A DNA stretch of 64,000 nucleotides. Origin: Leucoraja erinacea. Its lineage: Eukaryota. Below are positions 14,982 through 28,197 of the stretch, piece by piece. Positions within the stretch are counted from its first letter, which is position 1. Each line of letters begins with the position of its first letter. Where the stretch lies: contig NC_073384.1 of the NCBI RefSeq assembly GCF_028641065.1, forward strand, positions 32,736,001 to 32,800,000. Direction: 5' to 3'. The notes under the pieces are model-generated. The model was not told where the DNA came from. It was given only the letters and a program-made list of their open reading frames with translations, and searched no databases. The position numbers and the translations under genes are program-made.

Positions 14982-15711
14982 CTGGAAAAATAGAAAACAT
15001 TTTGAACACGGCTCCCTTAACACGACTCATGCAAATATACATTTCCCCCTGAAAATAAAATATGTAATTGAGATGTCAAAAAAGCCTACTTCATAATATA
15101 TTGGTTTATTATTTCCATTGCATGATGCATCAAAAAAAAATCATCAATTATAAATAGTAAAACATTGATCATGTGCCAGTGCATTCATATATAATGTTTG
15201 GGACAAAGACCCATCATTTATTTATTTGCCTCCGTACTCCACAATTTGAGATTTGGAATAGATAAAATCACATGTGGTTAAAGTGCATATTGTCAGATTT
15301 TATTAAAGGGTATGGTTACACATTTTGGTTTTACCATGTAGAAATTACAGCTATGTTTATACATAGCCCCCCCCATTTCAGGGAACCATAATGTTTGGGA
15401 CACATGGCTTCACAGGTGTTTGTAATTGCTCAGGTGTATTTAATTGCCTCCATAAAGCAGGTATAAGAGAGCTCTCAGCACCTAGTCTTTCCTCCAGTCT
15501 ATCCATCACCGTTGGAAACTTTTATTGCTGTTTATCAACATGAGGAGCAAAGTTGTGCCAATGAAAGGCAAAGAAGCCATTATGAGAATGAGAAACAAGA
15601 ATAAAACTGTTAGAGACATCAGCCAAACATTAGGCCTTCCAAAAGCAACTGTTTGGAACGTCATTAAGAAGAAAGAAAGCACGGGTGAGCTTACTAATCG
15701 CAAAGGGACTG

Positions 15712-17808
15712 TGTTGAATGATGAGATCCAAACACAGGGGTAATAAGTCATAGTCTTTACTGCAGTACAAGTGGAGGGAACATTACAATGCTTTCATCTC
15801 TGTGGTCAGCATCAAGTCTGTCGGGAGACATTGACGAGCTATCTTAACAGCATTACCTGTCCAGGGTAGGGATGAAGATCTGGATGCATAATCTGTGTGG
15901 TGATAGATATAGTAAAGACAGACTAATCAACATCCTTCCTCTTAAGGAATTAACTCATAATAAAATAGATCTGATAATTACATACAAAATATATGTACCA
16001 CTGATTACATGTGTTAAATATAAGTAAGCTGAAGGGAATAACACCAGAGACAGTTCAAACGTAATCCTGGTACTTTAGGTTAGACTTGCAGGTGTGACCT
16101 GCACATGCACGGTACAGTCCCGCATTTACTCCCTTCACCAGAGAGGAGATCGGTGGTAAATCAGGTGCACGCATTTGTGACCAATGCTCGGCTAATGGAA
16201 AGGTTTGCCATTACTGTAAACGCAGAAATCACTTCATCCACTGCTGTTGCTCGCGTGGGAACAGTGCAGAGACAAAGCAATCTGTGCACCTGCTACAGCC
16301 AGAAGGTTTACAGACAGAGCCTTCCCACGTGACTCCCACATCAACCACTCTGACTAACGAGGAGATGCTGCCTACTATCGAGGGACTGAGTATAAACACA
16401 CATTTCTTGTCGGACTTGTCTTGTAAACACCGAGATCTCATGGTCACTCTCCTCATTAACGGGACGAGTGTTGTTGCTAAGCTCGACATTGGAGCTCGTT
16501 GCAACGTTCTGTTCTTATCTGAGCTCCACAAGATTCGGAAAGCTGAGGTCATCAAACAAATTGTTGCCACGTTACTTCCCTTCAGAGGGGGTGCAGTGCA
16601 CCCTGTTGGAGGAATCGAGTTACAGTGCCATCTAGCATCACGTGTCTACAATCTGAGCTTCTTTATTGTCCGAGAGAAAGTGACTTCTCTGCTAGGCATT
16701 GATGCCTGTAACAACCTAGGTTTGGTCACCTTCGGTACTGCGGTTCATCAACTGCCTGCAACACGTGGCTCTACAGTTCCTGGCACAATACAGAAATCTC
16801 TTTGACAGCAAGGTTGACAAGCTTCCCATCAAGTACACAATCACGACCGACCCTGAGGTCCTGCCAGTTTTCAATAGGCAATAGACAATAGGTGCAGGAG
16901 TAGGCCATTTGGCCCTTCGAGCCAGCACCGCCATTCAATGTGATCATGGCTGATCATCCCAAATCAGTACCCTGTTCCTGCCTTCTTCCCATATCCTCTA
17001 ACTACGATACTTTTTAAGAGCCCTATCTAGCTGGCAAAACAGGCACTAGTATCACAAGTTCGCACACCATCCAGTCCAAGCTATAACGAGATGTTCAAAA
17101 AAGATGGTATGACAAGACGAGTAGACCACTTCCACCACTAGCCAAGGGACAAGTGGTCCATCTACAAACTGCTCCCAAATCACGTTCATATCTGGTCAAT
17201 GTCGACAGCGGCACCTAGACGTAATAGACAGCACATCCTGCCTGTGAATGAACCGTGCCAAAGAGATTTCCATATTGTTGCAGGAACTATTGAGTAGAGC
17301 CACGTGTTGTAGACAGTTGATGAACCGCCGTACCGAAGGTGACCAAACCTAGGTTGTTACATGCATCAATAGCTAGCGGAGAAGCCACTTTCTCTCGGAC
17401 AATAAAGAAGCTCAGATTGTAGACATGTGCGCTAGATGGCACTGCACCCCCTCCGAAGGGAAGTAACGTGACAAGTTTGTTTCATGACCTCAGCTTTCCG
17501 AATCTTGTGGAGCTCAGATAAGGACAGAACGTTGCAACGAGCTCCATTGTCGAGCTTAGCAATAACACTCGTCCCGTTAATGAGGAGAGTGACCATGGAT
17601 CTCGGTGTTTACAAAACAAGTCCAACCAGGAACATTACAATGCTTTCATCTCCGTGGTCAGCATCAAGTTTGTCTGGAGACAGTGACGTGCAATCTTAAC
17701 AGCATTAACAGTCTAGGGTAGGGATGAAGATCTGGACTGGAATACAGAAGGAATGTGCAGCATGCATAATCTGTGTGGTGAGATATAGTAAAGACAGACT
17801 AATCTATA
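15712..17808 (-). mobile_element. Rearranged, internally deleted Gypsy/Ty3 LTR retrotransposon inserted in Tc1
   Basis: LTR 15712-15932 (TGTTGA...TCAACA) with a polypurine tract (minus-strand aagaggaagga) adjacent; partial second LTR about 17629-17808; 5-bp TSD GACTG (15707-15711, 17809-17813); aspartic protease motif KLDIGARCNV in ORF 16284-16805; integrase-tail remnants. Confidence 0.8.
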
Positions 17809-18216
17809 GACTGACAGGCCAAGGAAGACCTCCACAGCTGATGACAGAAGAATTCTATCTATATAATAAAGAAAAATCCCCAAACACTGTCAAACAGATC
17901 AGATCTACAGGAGTCAGGTGTGGATTTGTCAATGACCACTGTCCGTAGAAGACTTCATGAACAGAAATACAGAGGCTACACTGCAAGATGCAAACCACTA
18001 GTTAGCCTCAAAATTAGGATGGTCAGGTTACAGTTTGCCAAGAAGTACTTAATAGAGCAACTACAGTTGTGGAAAAAGGTCTTGTGGGCAGATGAGACGA
18101 AGATTAACTTGTGATGGCAAGAGCAAAGTATGGAGGAGAGAAAGAACTGCCCAAGATCCAAAGCATACCACCTCATTTATGAAACAAGGTGGTGGGGTTG
18201 TTATGGCCTGGGCATG

Positions 18217-19590
18217 TCAAGTCAAGTCAAGTTTATTTGTCACATACACATACGAGATGTGCAGTGAAATGAAAAGTGGCAATGCTCGCGGACTTTGTGC
18301 AAAAAGACAAACAAACAAACAGCCAAACAAACTATAAACACAATCATAAACACACACATATTCTTTTACATATTAAATATTGGAAGGAAAAACGTTCAGT
18401 AAAGTTAGTCCCTGGTGAGATGGGAGTTTACAGTCCGAATGGCCTCTGGGAAGAAACTCCTCCTCAACCTCTCCGTTCTCACAGCATGGCAACGCAGGCG
18501 TTTGCCTTACCGTAGCAGCTGGAACAGTCCGTTGCATGGGTGGAAGGGGTCTCCCATGATTTTATTGGCTCTGGAGTTGCACCTCCTGATGTATTGTTCC
18601 TGCAGGGGGGCGAGTGAAGTTCCCATAGTGCGTTCGGCCGAATGCACTACTCTCTGCAGAGCCTTCTTGTCCTGGGCAGAGCAATTCCCAAACCAGATGG
18701 TAATATTTCCGGACAAGATGCTTTCCACAGCCGCTGCGTTGAAGCACTGGAGGATCCTCGGAGACACTCTGAATTTCCTCAATTGCCAAGGCACTGCCTT
18801 GCCTTACTCACGAATGCTGCGGCGTGTGATGTCCATGTCATATCCTCAGAGACGTGGACTCCCAGTATTTAACACAGCTCACCCTATCCACAGTATCCCC
18901 ATTTATCCTCAATGGAGTGTACGTCCTCGGATGATGTGCCCTCCTAAAGTCCACGATCAGCTCCTTCGTTTTTTTGATGTTCAAGAGGAGGCTGTTATCC
19001 TGGCACCAGAGTGCTAGATCAGCCACCTCCTCCCGGTAGGTCTTCTCATCGTTGTCTGAGATCAGGCCCACCACCACAGTGTCATCAGCAAACTTAATTA
19101 TTGAGTTGGAGCTGAACCTAGCCACACAGTCATGTGTGTACAGGGAGTACAATAGGGGGCTGAGGACGCAACCCTGGGGCGATCCTGTGCTCAGGGTGAG
19201 GGACTTTGATCCTCCCATCTTGACTACCTGGGGCCTGGCGGTGAGAAAGTCCAGGACCCAGGCATACAGGGAGGTGTTGAGCCCCAATTCCATTAGCTTC
19301 CCGGCCAGTCTGGTGGGGACTATCGTGTTGAAGGCTGAACTGAAGTCTATGAACAGCATCCTCACGTAGCCCCCCTTCTGGCTGTCAAGATGAGAGAGAG
19401 CAGTGTGCAAAACCTGGGAGACCGCATCGTCCGTGGATCTGTTCGGACGGTATGCGAACTGCAACAGGTCCATGTTGCGAGGGAGGAAGGCGCAGATGTG
19501 TTTCTTCACCAGCCTCTCAAAGCATTTCATGACTACTGAGGTAAGGGCCACCGGACGGTAGTTATTCAGACAGGCTGGGGAGGCATTTTG
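18217..19590 (-). mobile_element. Rex1/Babar non-LTR retrotransposon, 5'-truncated, inserted in Tc1 transposase
   Basis: RT motifs [58 protein letters not shown]; 3' tail aataaa(cttga)n. Tc1 sequence resumes at about 19601. Confidence 0.9.
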
Positions 19591-22528
19591 GTTTCTGAAG
19601 GTATGGCTGCTGAAGGTACTGGCTCACTTATCCTTATTGATGATACAATTGCTGATGGTAATAGCATAATGAATTCTGAAGGGTATAGACACATCCTATC
19701 TGCTCAAGTGCAAACAAATGCCTCAAATCTCATTGGCTGGCAGTACATTCTACAACAAGACAATGCCCCCAAACATACTGCTAAAGCTACAAAGGAGTTT
19801 TTCCAAAGCTAAGAAATGGTAAATTCTTGAGTGGCCAAGTCAATCAACCGATTTGAACCCAATTGAGCATGCCTTTTATATGCTGAAGAGAAAACTGAAG
19901 GGGACTAGCCCCCAAAACAAGCATAAGCTAAAGATGGCTGCAATACAGGCCTGGCAGAACATCACCAGAAAAGATACCCAGCAACTGGTGATGCCAAGTC
20001 AAGTCAAGTTTTATTTGTCACATACACACACAAAATATGCAGTGAAATGAAAGTGGCAATGCCTGCGGATTGTGCAAAAAACTACAGAACAGAATAATGT
20101 CCTTGATCGTGATGTCCATGAATCGTAGACTCATTGCATGCAAAGGATATGCAACAAAATACTTTACATGACATTGCTGTGTCCCAAACATTATGGTGCC
20201 ATGAAATGGGGGGGGGAATATGTATAAATACAGCTGTAATTTGTGCATGGCGAAACCAAAATGTATAAAAATGGCCTATATTAAAATCTGACAATGTGCA
20301 CTTTAACCCACGTGTGATTTGTTCTCTTACAAATCTCAAATTGTGGAGTACAGAGGCAAATAAATAAATGATGGGTCTTTGTCCAAAACATTATGGAGGG
20401 CACTATATACAGTATATTATGCACTTTATTCCTTATACCATTTAAGTTCTGCAATACAATATCAGTGCAGACATTGAATACCAAAGCAGTACACATTACC
20501 TCATTTTCCAAGCATGTAAGTCACAAATTTTGTTTATAATATTCACTTAATACTTTGAGGGTGGGAAAGCATGATGAAAAATAGAAAATGTAGATATAAG
20601 CAAGCATTTCACACTTCTTCAAAGGAAAGTCATGTACAAATATATATATTTATTACTATCAATTTATTAATCAGAGCCAGCACCACAATTGAAGATTAAC
20701 AATAGCAACAAAATAGAATATAACTTTTTGAGGTCCAGAAACTAGAATATATTTTGCAAAACTATCTTTAAGTAAGTAATATTAAAGTCCAACACTTCTG
20801 AAGTTTTTATTTGTTCTGCTCTATATGCCAATTCACAAAAATCAGCAAAGCCATCGGGGAAAGTCTTTCCCTATTTGGCACATTCAAGATATTCTCATTC
20901 CAACACCTCTCTTCAACAAAGTTTATTTTTTGCTTCCAGCATTACATTTAATATCTGTGTTTCTACTTGCCTGCCTCTGATGAAGATAATGCAACCAATA
21001 AACAAGTCATTAAACCTGGAGACAAAGAATTACAAATGCTGGTTTACAAAAAAAAGGCACAAAATGCTGGAGTAACTCAACAGGTCAGGCTTCTCCTCTG
21101 GAGAACATGGATAGGTGATGTTTCTGGACTGATACTTCTTCAGACTGCTCTCTAAGTCATTAAAGCAGCCTTCTCTGAGCAGACTATCATCAACATGTAT
21201 TGCATTTGCCTCTCTACTTGGATAGTTGAGTGGCTAATTATCCAACTGAAGATCGTATTATCCAAAAATGAAAATCAAATATAGAAAATGTCCACTTCTA
21301 CTGCGCAGTTTGCTGATGTGTACATGAGTAAAGATGCTGAGGAATGCCACACAGCATCTTTTGATTCCTCAAGTCCTTTGCCAGTTCTTTTTCTTCCTAG
21401 TTTAAGTGCCTTTGCCTCACAAGATGCCACTGCTGCTGAACGCCTACCTTCAAGGTTTCAGGGCTGCCGGCCTGCCTGACTTCCTGCAGCAACAACAAAA
21501 AGTGGACGTCTGATTTGTAAAATGACAGCGCAGTGGACATCTTGGGTTCAGGTCTCGTGTCTATGGTAGTTTGACCAGAGCGGCAGCAGAAACTACCGAA
21601 CCGCCCAGCGAGCTCTGCAAATCAAAACAGCAGATATATGTTTTCATAAGCACGTCAGTTTATCTTTTAAACTGTTTCAATGCCACCTGCAGAACTCCAA
21701 ACATTGTGGTGCCAATGGTCAGCTTTGATGTGCACATGCCAGATATGGCATTACATGCACTCTGTATCCCCAACAGGTCTCCACAGGATTGGTTCAAAAT
21801 CAACCAGGCGCAGGGTCCCATTCAAACATCCAGAATAGTGCATTTGGTAGAACTTTCAGTCATTGAGTGTTAAATGCGCGCTGCCAGTCAGGCAGGATAA
21901 AGAAATGAAATAGGGTTGGGCGCAGGATGAGCAAAAATAAGCTCTGCTAAACAAACTGCTTATTTATAATATATAGTACCGTAGTTGTCCCTGTCTACAA
22001 ATAATCTAGTATTAACTAATCTGTTTGGCTAACATGCAAAACAAACTTGTCAATGTACACACGACAATAATAAATGTAAACCTAAATAAGTAATGTTTTA
22101 TTTGCTGTGTAAACTCTAAACGTTGGGTCACTTGTCAGTCACAAAGGTTACACAGATCACCTATCATGGACTCTGCCACATCTACTTAAAATCTTATTAT
22201 AAAATAAATCATTCCAGATATTTAGTTAATGAGATAATTGCAGTATCTACAAAATTGATTCAAAGGCACAACCTTCCATATGTTCTCACACACTCACAAT
22301 TGGCCCTGAAAACAGGTTTTCATCATCTTAGAATGTGTTAAATCCCATAACCCTGTGCGCTTTTCCATATATTTAATTTAGCTTATCTGAATATTATTCA
22401 TTTTGACAAAATGATTGTTCTTCTTATCTGCTACCTACAGGAAAATGTTTCTCCCATGCTTTAGCTCTCTTTGGTCAGCTTCAAACCTAATTATATATTC
22501 ATAGTTCATGTCAAATAGTTTGCTTATA

Positions 22529-25500
22529 CAGGTGCACAACCTTTTATCCGACAGCCTTGGGACCAGACACTTTTCGTAATTCAGAATTTGTCGGTCTTCG
22601 GAATGGAAATGTTTTAGCGTAGATTTTAATGGCTGGCTCAGTGGTAGAGTGCTCGGCTCATATCCGCAAGGTCGCGAGTTTGCGCCTTGATCCCGGCAGT
22701 TACTCGGTCGCGAGTTTGAGTCTTCAATGTAGGTTTTTTTTTGCAGAATAAATGTTTGTATGAAATGCAGTGTGTTGAATGAATTCCTCAATTTGTAAAT
22801 GTGCCCGCAGCGTTGAATCACCTCCCGCACTCATGTCACCCTAGTGGGGCTACATGCCCTTAGGCGATCTAAGGTCGCGAGTTTGCGCCTTGATCCCGGC
22901 AGTTACTCGTCGCGAGTTTGAGTCTTCAATGTAGTTTTTTCTTGCAGAATAAATGTTTGTATGAAATGCAGTGTAGGAGAGGTGTACTGACTGTGTGGGC
23001 AGAACTTTGGAAGTGATTGCCCACCAGTCTAAAAAGCCGCTGTGTCTCCCTGTCCCTGGGATAGCAGGGGGCGATCAAACAGCACAATACCCCCCTCCCC
23101 CTCCAACTCCAGAGGAATCCGCTCCCCGATGGGCCGCTACGGCGCCAAGTGGCAGTTTACCCACAGCCCGAGCTGCGCCTCCTCATCCGCCACCCCAAGA
23201 CTTACCTTGCACACCATCAGGTTCTGCCCCTACGTGTTCCTCTGGAGTTGGAGCGGGGCTGGGCTGGAGTTGCTGCTGGCTGTGGGTCTCTGGGATCTCC
23301 GTCCTTGCAGTGGGCCTGGGGGTTCCTGTTGGTCCTGACGTCACCGGCCACCCCCATGGACAGGAGCTGAGACTGGGAACTGTACCGCCCTAGCCCCCTC
23401 CCTCTGCAACTGCAAACAACCCCACTCTCCTGCAAGGGCGGTACAGTTCCCGGAGGATAGCAGGTGGCCGGAGACGTCAGGACCAACAGGAACCCGCTCC
23501 CCGATGGGCCCCTACGACGCCCCGAGCTGCGCCCCGTCATCCGCAACCCAGGTTCCTCTGTAGTTGGAGCGGGGCTGGGCTGCTGTTGGCTGTGGGTCTC
23601 TGGGTTCTCCGTGCTTGCGGTGGGCCTGGTGCTCGACGTCCAATTGGTCCTGACGTCTCCGGTGACTCGCACCGATCTGCTGCCATCGCCGACGTGAAGA
23701 CAGTACAAAGCCCCCGCGCCGGTGCAATGAGCGGGGAGCTGGAGAGGGGAGGGAAGGGGTCACACACATGGCCGGGAAGCAGAGGGGTGTAGATGGGGGT
23801 GGTGACAGATGGGGCCAACAATGAGTGGAGAAAGACAGAAACACCGACGTGCAAAGGAGACCTACAACAGCGCATGATCTCTCTCCCGTGGCAGGTGACT
23901 GTCGCTGGGAAACTGAAGGGAGCGACAATCTGCTGCTGCCTCCCCAAGTTAAAGAGTTCCCACGGTAGACTCACGATACATAGGCGGCCTAGCTCGGGGA
24001 TTCTTGAATCCCCCGAATAAATAATAAAGACGAGATAAACGTTAAGTAAAACTTTAAACATAAACTGGTGAGCTTTGGTGTGCAGACGACATCCTGGAAA
24101 AAATGTCCGGTTTCTTCCAGGTAGGCGATATACCCTCCCTGGCAATATACCCTCCACTTCTCTTTTATGAAGGGGATTTAGTTCCCCTTTCTTCGAGGAC
24201 CGACCGGAGGTTCCGCTGTCACCTCTGCGGGCCGCCCTCGGTGAACGTCCTGTCTCCCCGTCCCTGGGATAGCAGGGGGCCATCAAACAGCACAATACCC
24301 CACTCCCCCTCCAACTCCAGAGGAATCCGCTCCCCGATGGGCCGCTACGGCGACAAGTGGCAGTTCGCCCATAGCCCGAGCTGCGCCCCCTCATCCGCAA
24401 CCCGGGTTCCTCTGGAGTTGGAGCGGGGCTGGGCTAGAGTTGTTGCTGGCTGTGAGTCTCTGGGATCTCCGTGCTTGCAGTGGGCCTGGGGGTCGGTGTC
24501 CCGATGTGGGGGCGCAGCTCGGGTTGTGGGCGAACTGCCACTTGTCGCTGTAGCGGTGCATCGGGGAGAGGCTTCTGGTGGTCCTGACGTCTCTCAGCTC
24601 CTGTCCAGGGGGATGGCCGGAGACGTCAGGACCAACAGGAACCCGCTCCCCGATGCGCCGCTACAGCGACAAGTGGCAGTTCGCCCACAGCCCGAGCTGC
24701 GCCCCCTCATCCGCGACCCGGGTTCCTCTGTAGTTGGAGCGGGGCTGGGCTAGAGTTGCTGCTGGCTGTGAGTCTCTGGGATCTCCGTGCTTGCAGTCAG
24801 TGTCCCGTTGGTCCTGACGTCCCCGGCCACCCCCCTGTACAGGAGCTGAGACTGGGAACTGTACCGCCCTTGCCCCCTCCCTCTGCAACTGCAAACAACT
24901 CCAGCTTTTTTGTGTAACCACAGTTCCCAGTCTCAGCTCCTGTACAGGGGGGTGGCCGGAGACGTCACAGCCCGAGCCATCACCTGCTGCCCCTACGGGG
25001 ACAGCGGAGAGCGTGTTCCTCTGGAATTGGAACGGGGCTGGGCTGCTGCTGGCTGTGGGTCTCTGGGATCTCTGTGCTTGCAGTGGGCCTGGGGGTCGGT
25101 GTCCCGTTGGTCCTGACGTCTCTGGTGACTGGCACTGGCTCCGGCGTGAAGACAGTGCAAACCCCCCGCGCCGGTGCAATGCGCGGGGAGCTGGAGAGGG
25201 GAGGGAAGGGGTCACACACATGGCCGGGAAGCAGAGGGGTGGGTGTAGGTGGGGTGAAACTGAAGGGAGCGACAATCTACTGCTGCCTGCACGCCGAGTT
25301 AAAAAAGTTCCCACGCAAGACTCACGATACACTGTGTATCGTGAGTCTACCGTGGGAACTTTATAACTCAGCGGGCAGGCAGCAGCATATTGTCAATTAT
25401 TAACCCTCCCGCGCAATATACCCTCACCTTCTCTTTTATGAATGGGGATTTAGTTCCCCTTTCTTCGAGGACCGACCGGAGGTTCCGCTGTCACCTCTGC

Positions 25501-25609
25501 GGGCCGCCCTCCGTGAACGTTTTCAAGGACCTTTATTCAAGGACTGAAAAAATGTCGCTATTCGGAGGTTTTCGTTATTTGGATCGTCGGATAAAAGGTT
25601 GTGCACCTG
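22529..25609 (+). mobile_element. Non-autonomous Tc1/mariner-superfamily (pogo/Tigger-like) element, copy 1, with GC-rich internal repeats
   Basis: 23-bp TIRs CAGGTGCACAACCTTTTATCCGA / TCGGATAAAAGGTTGTGCACCTG flanked by TA on both sides; no transposase motifs; internal tandem duplication of about 1.2 kb. Confidence 0.85.
22631..22698 (+). pseudogene. tRNA-like segment (CAT at the anticodon position) inside the MITE; not a functional tRNA
   Basis: ggctggctcagtggtagagt (A-box/D-arm), tcggctcatatccg (anticodon arm), aggtc, cgagtttgcgccttg (degenerate T-arm). Acceptor stem incomplete. Second copy on minus strand at about 29672-29740. Confidence 0.5.
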
Positions 25610-26997
25610 TATTTATAACTCTTAATAGCTTAAATTACCCCAAAACAAATCTAGACTGGCAATCTTGTACTGAAACATTGCAAGCTGATTTAAAAATAAT
25701 TCTGGTATTGCCTGTCCAAGCTCTTTCAATGTAATGTTTGGAAGATGGATCACAATCAATGTCCCTCTGGTGGTTCTTCCTCCAGATTTACAGATGTCCT
25801 ACCACGGCTGGTATTTTTTTGACAGACTTCAATGTTACAAATGGTAGATGCAGTGGGAATCATAACTAGACAATTGATTTTTGGAAACATTATAAAGAGT
25901 ATATTTATAGGAGCAGAAATATTTAAATAAAGAACACAATCTGCTAGAGTAACTTAAATGGGTCAGGCAGCATTTCTGGAGAAAACGGATAGGTGGTATA
26001 TATATATGGGACGAGATCCATCTTCAGACAGAGATAATCTTCATCCAGTCAGGTTTGTGCTAATGATGATCACTGTATCCCACATAGATGATTAATCTTG
26101 TCCATGTCAAATTATTTGAAAGGTTACATGTTCAAATACTTCAGGAAAAATTTGGAGCTTTGCATCACGTGAAGAAAATATCTTAAAGACTTACTCCCTT
26201 AAAATAAACCCATTTTCTGGATACAGGACCAGTCCTGAAAAAAAAAACAGAGTGCTGGAGTAACTCAGCGGGACAGGCAGCATCTCTGGAGAGGCATGAT
26301 TAGGTGACGTTTTGGATTGGGACCCTTCCTCAGATTAATTGTAGTAGGGGTGTGGGGGAAGAAAGCTGGAAGAGCTTGTCTTTTGAATGTCCATTGGCTT
26401 CAGTCGATATAGGCTGTGGGCCGAGGAGCTTTTTTGTGCAGTTTCATGACCCAACTCATGGAACTACATGAAATGTTCACATTGTGTAAAAATATTATAT
26501 AAATCATCCTGAAACTCGTCAAGAACAAAACTTGTACATCTTTTATTAAATTAGAGAAAAAACTGAAATTTTTTGGGTATTTTTAGTCCAATCAAAGCAC
26601 GTTTAACATTGAGACGGACGCCAGTTGGCCAATCACGCGCTTTGTTTCAGGCTAGCTAGGCAGGGAGCACACATCATGGCTGAGAGTGCTTCTACTGATG
26701 CCTGTTTTACTGGAGATTCTGATGAAGGTTCTTTGTTGTTCTGTGGAATACATGTTGTGGAAACTTGCAGCAGGGTAATTGAATTTAGTGAGAAAAGCAT
26801 TAAGAAGTCTGAAGAATATGCAGCTAAGTGGATGGACGAGGAAGAAAGTCTTGAAAGCAAAGTCGCTGCTAAGGTGCTGCAACACAAAGAGGACAGCCAA
26901 TTTGTGAAACCAGTCAAACTTTGTGAATCAACTGGAACTGAAAGGTAAGATCTAAAGTCTGAATTTAAGAAAATTAATCTGTATAATTGTGCCCTTT

Positions 26998-27032
26998 TAT
27001 TCATTCATTCATTCATTCACTCATTCATTCAT
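26998..27032. repeat. (ATTC)n microsatellite
   Basis: attcattcattcattcattcactcattcattcat seen directly. Confidence 0.9.
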
Positions 27033-28197
27033 GAAGTTCAGGGCTTAAATTATGTGTATCCATAACAAAGTAAATTAAACATTTTCACTAATGCCAGCTT
27101 GTTGTAGTCTAATAAATCTTTAACATCTAATCTCGGAGCTGCCTGCGATCACTTACCGAGTAAAAGTGCTCCGACCACGCGGCTTTAACATAGTGATGCC
27201 ACGGTCTCTGTTAAGAAGCGGCCGATTCACGAATGTGGAGCCGCGGAGTATGTTTGGATCATCTCCGCGGAGGGGAGGGAGGCTGTACATTGTGCCGTCC
27301 ATAGTGACCGTTTCCAGGCAACGACCATGGAGGAAAACGGAGGAATATTGATTGAACATTATAGGCTTCCATCAGAGTGATAAATGGTCAGAATTGGTTG
27401 ATGTTTATGTAGAAATGAATTGGTGTATGTGAACTTGAACTAATTATCTATGGTAGAAAATTCTATTATTAGGAGGCAGCAGTGTATCTCGCGTTATCAT
27501 GCAGAGCGCTATCGTCACTTCTGCGTCACATAACAACGATAAATCGAGCTATAGCAAGGTCTAGAAGGAAGAACGGTAATGATAGGACTCAAACAACAAT
27601 TATTTGTATTTATATGATGTTACTTTGATAAATGAAAAGATGAGGATGTTGATTTATTTTACTTTTCATTCTTTTTATGCTTTCTTTTTCCTCTTTCAAT
27701 TGAGTTCAAGATGCTGAAAACCCTGAAGCAGGTGAATCACCTCAAGAGGCAGTTCCTGATGGTAAAGCAGATGAGCTGGCCCCAAAGAGACTGCTTCGAT
27801 CCATCGTCTTTTCCTTCATCATCAGTATGCTGCTAGTCATCAACCATCAACTCCAACAGACACAGCTAGATACCCAACCCTACCCAGACCTGACACAGAT
27901 GTGTTTGTGATTGGAGTCGCTGTGTCACAACGTATTGGAGCAGAATTATTATTGCACACTCGAAAAGGCAACAGGAGAAGGAGTACGAGTCTATGAAAGA
28001 TTAGCTCTTATCTGGGACCAGCTGTCATCTAAACTTTGACATCCTTGCACTGTTTCACAGCTCATTTCATGGAAAATCCAAATCCAATGTTGCTTGTAAG
28101 TGACACAGCTACCCAGGTCACTTTTCATGAAATGGGAAGCTCATTCACAGTCACTGATGAATTGCTGAAAGGTAGATACATTTGTTTGCAAGTTATA

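Larger units (their letters stand above)
15177..20405 (+). mobile_element. Tc1/mariner DNA transposon (inactive) interrupted by three nested insertions
   Basis: About 220-bp TIRs (...ataatgtttgggacaaagacccatcatttatttatttgcc / ggcaaataaataaatgatgggtctttgtccaaaacattatggagggcact). Transposase pieces: MRSKVVPMK...HTH, TTVRRRLHEQKYRGYTARCKP, VLWADETKINL, QQDNAPKH, WPSQSTDLNPIEH. Same family as 55839-57361. Confidence 0.9.

Noticed and set aside
18415-19017. 200-aa plus-strand ORF repeated at 52125-52328
   Set aside because: Antisense shadow of the Rex1 ORF2 3' end; recurrence reflects two copies of the LINE.
22631-22698. Functional tRNA-Met gene
   Set aside because: T-loop is TTTGCGC rather than TTCGANY, the acceptor stem is incomplete, and it sits inside a transposon in two copies.
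22995-25403. Many long overlapping ORFs (up to 287 aa) on both strands
   Set aside because: They lie in the GC-rich modular repeats of a MITE, have low-complexity repetitive translations and no domain motifs; stop-poor by composition.
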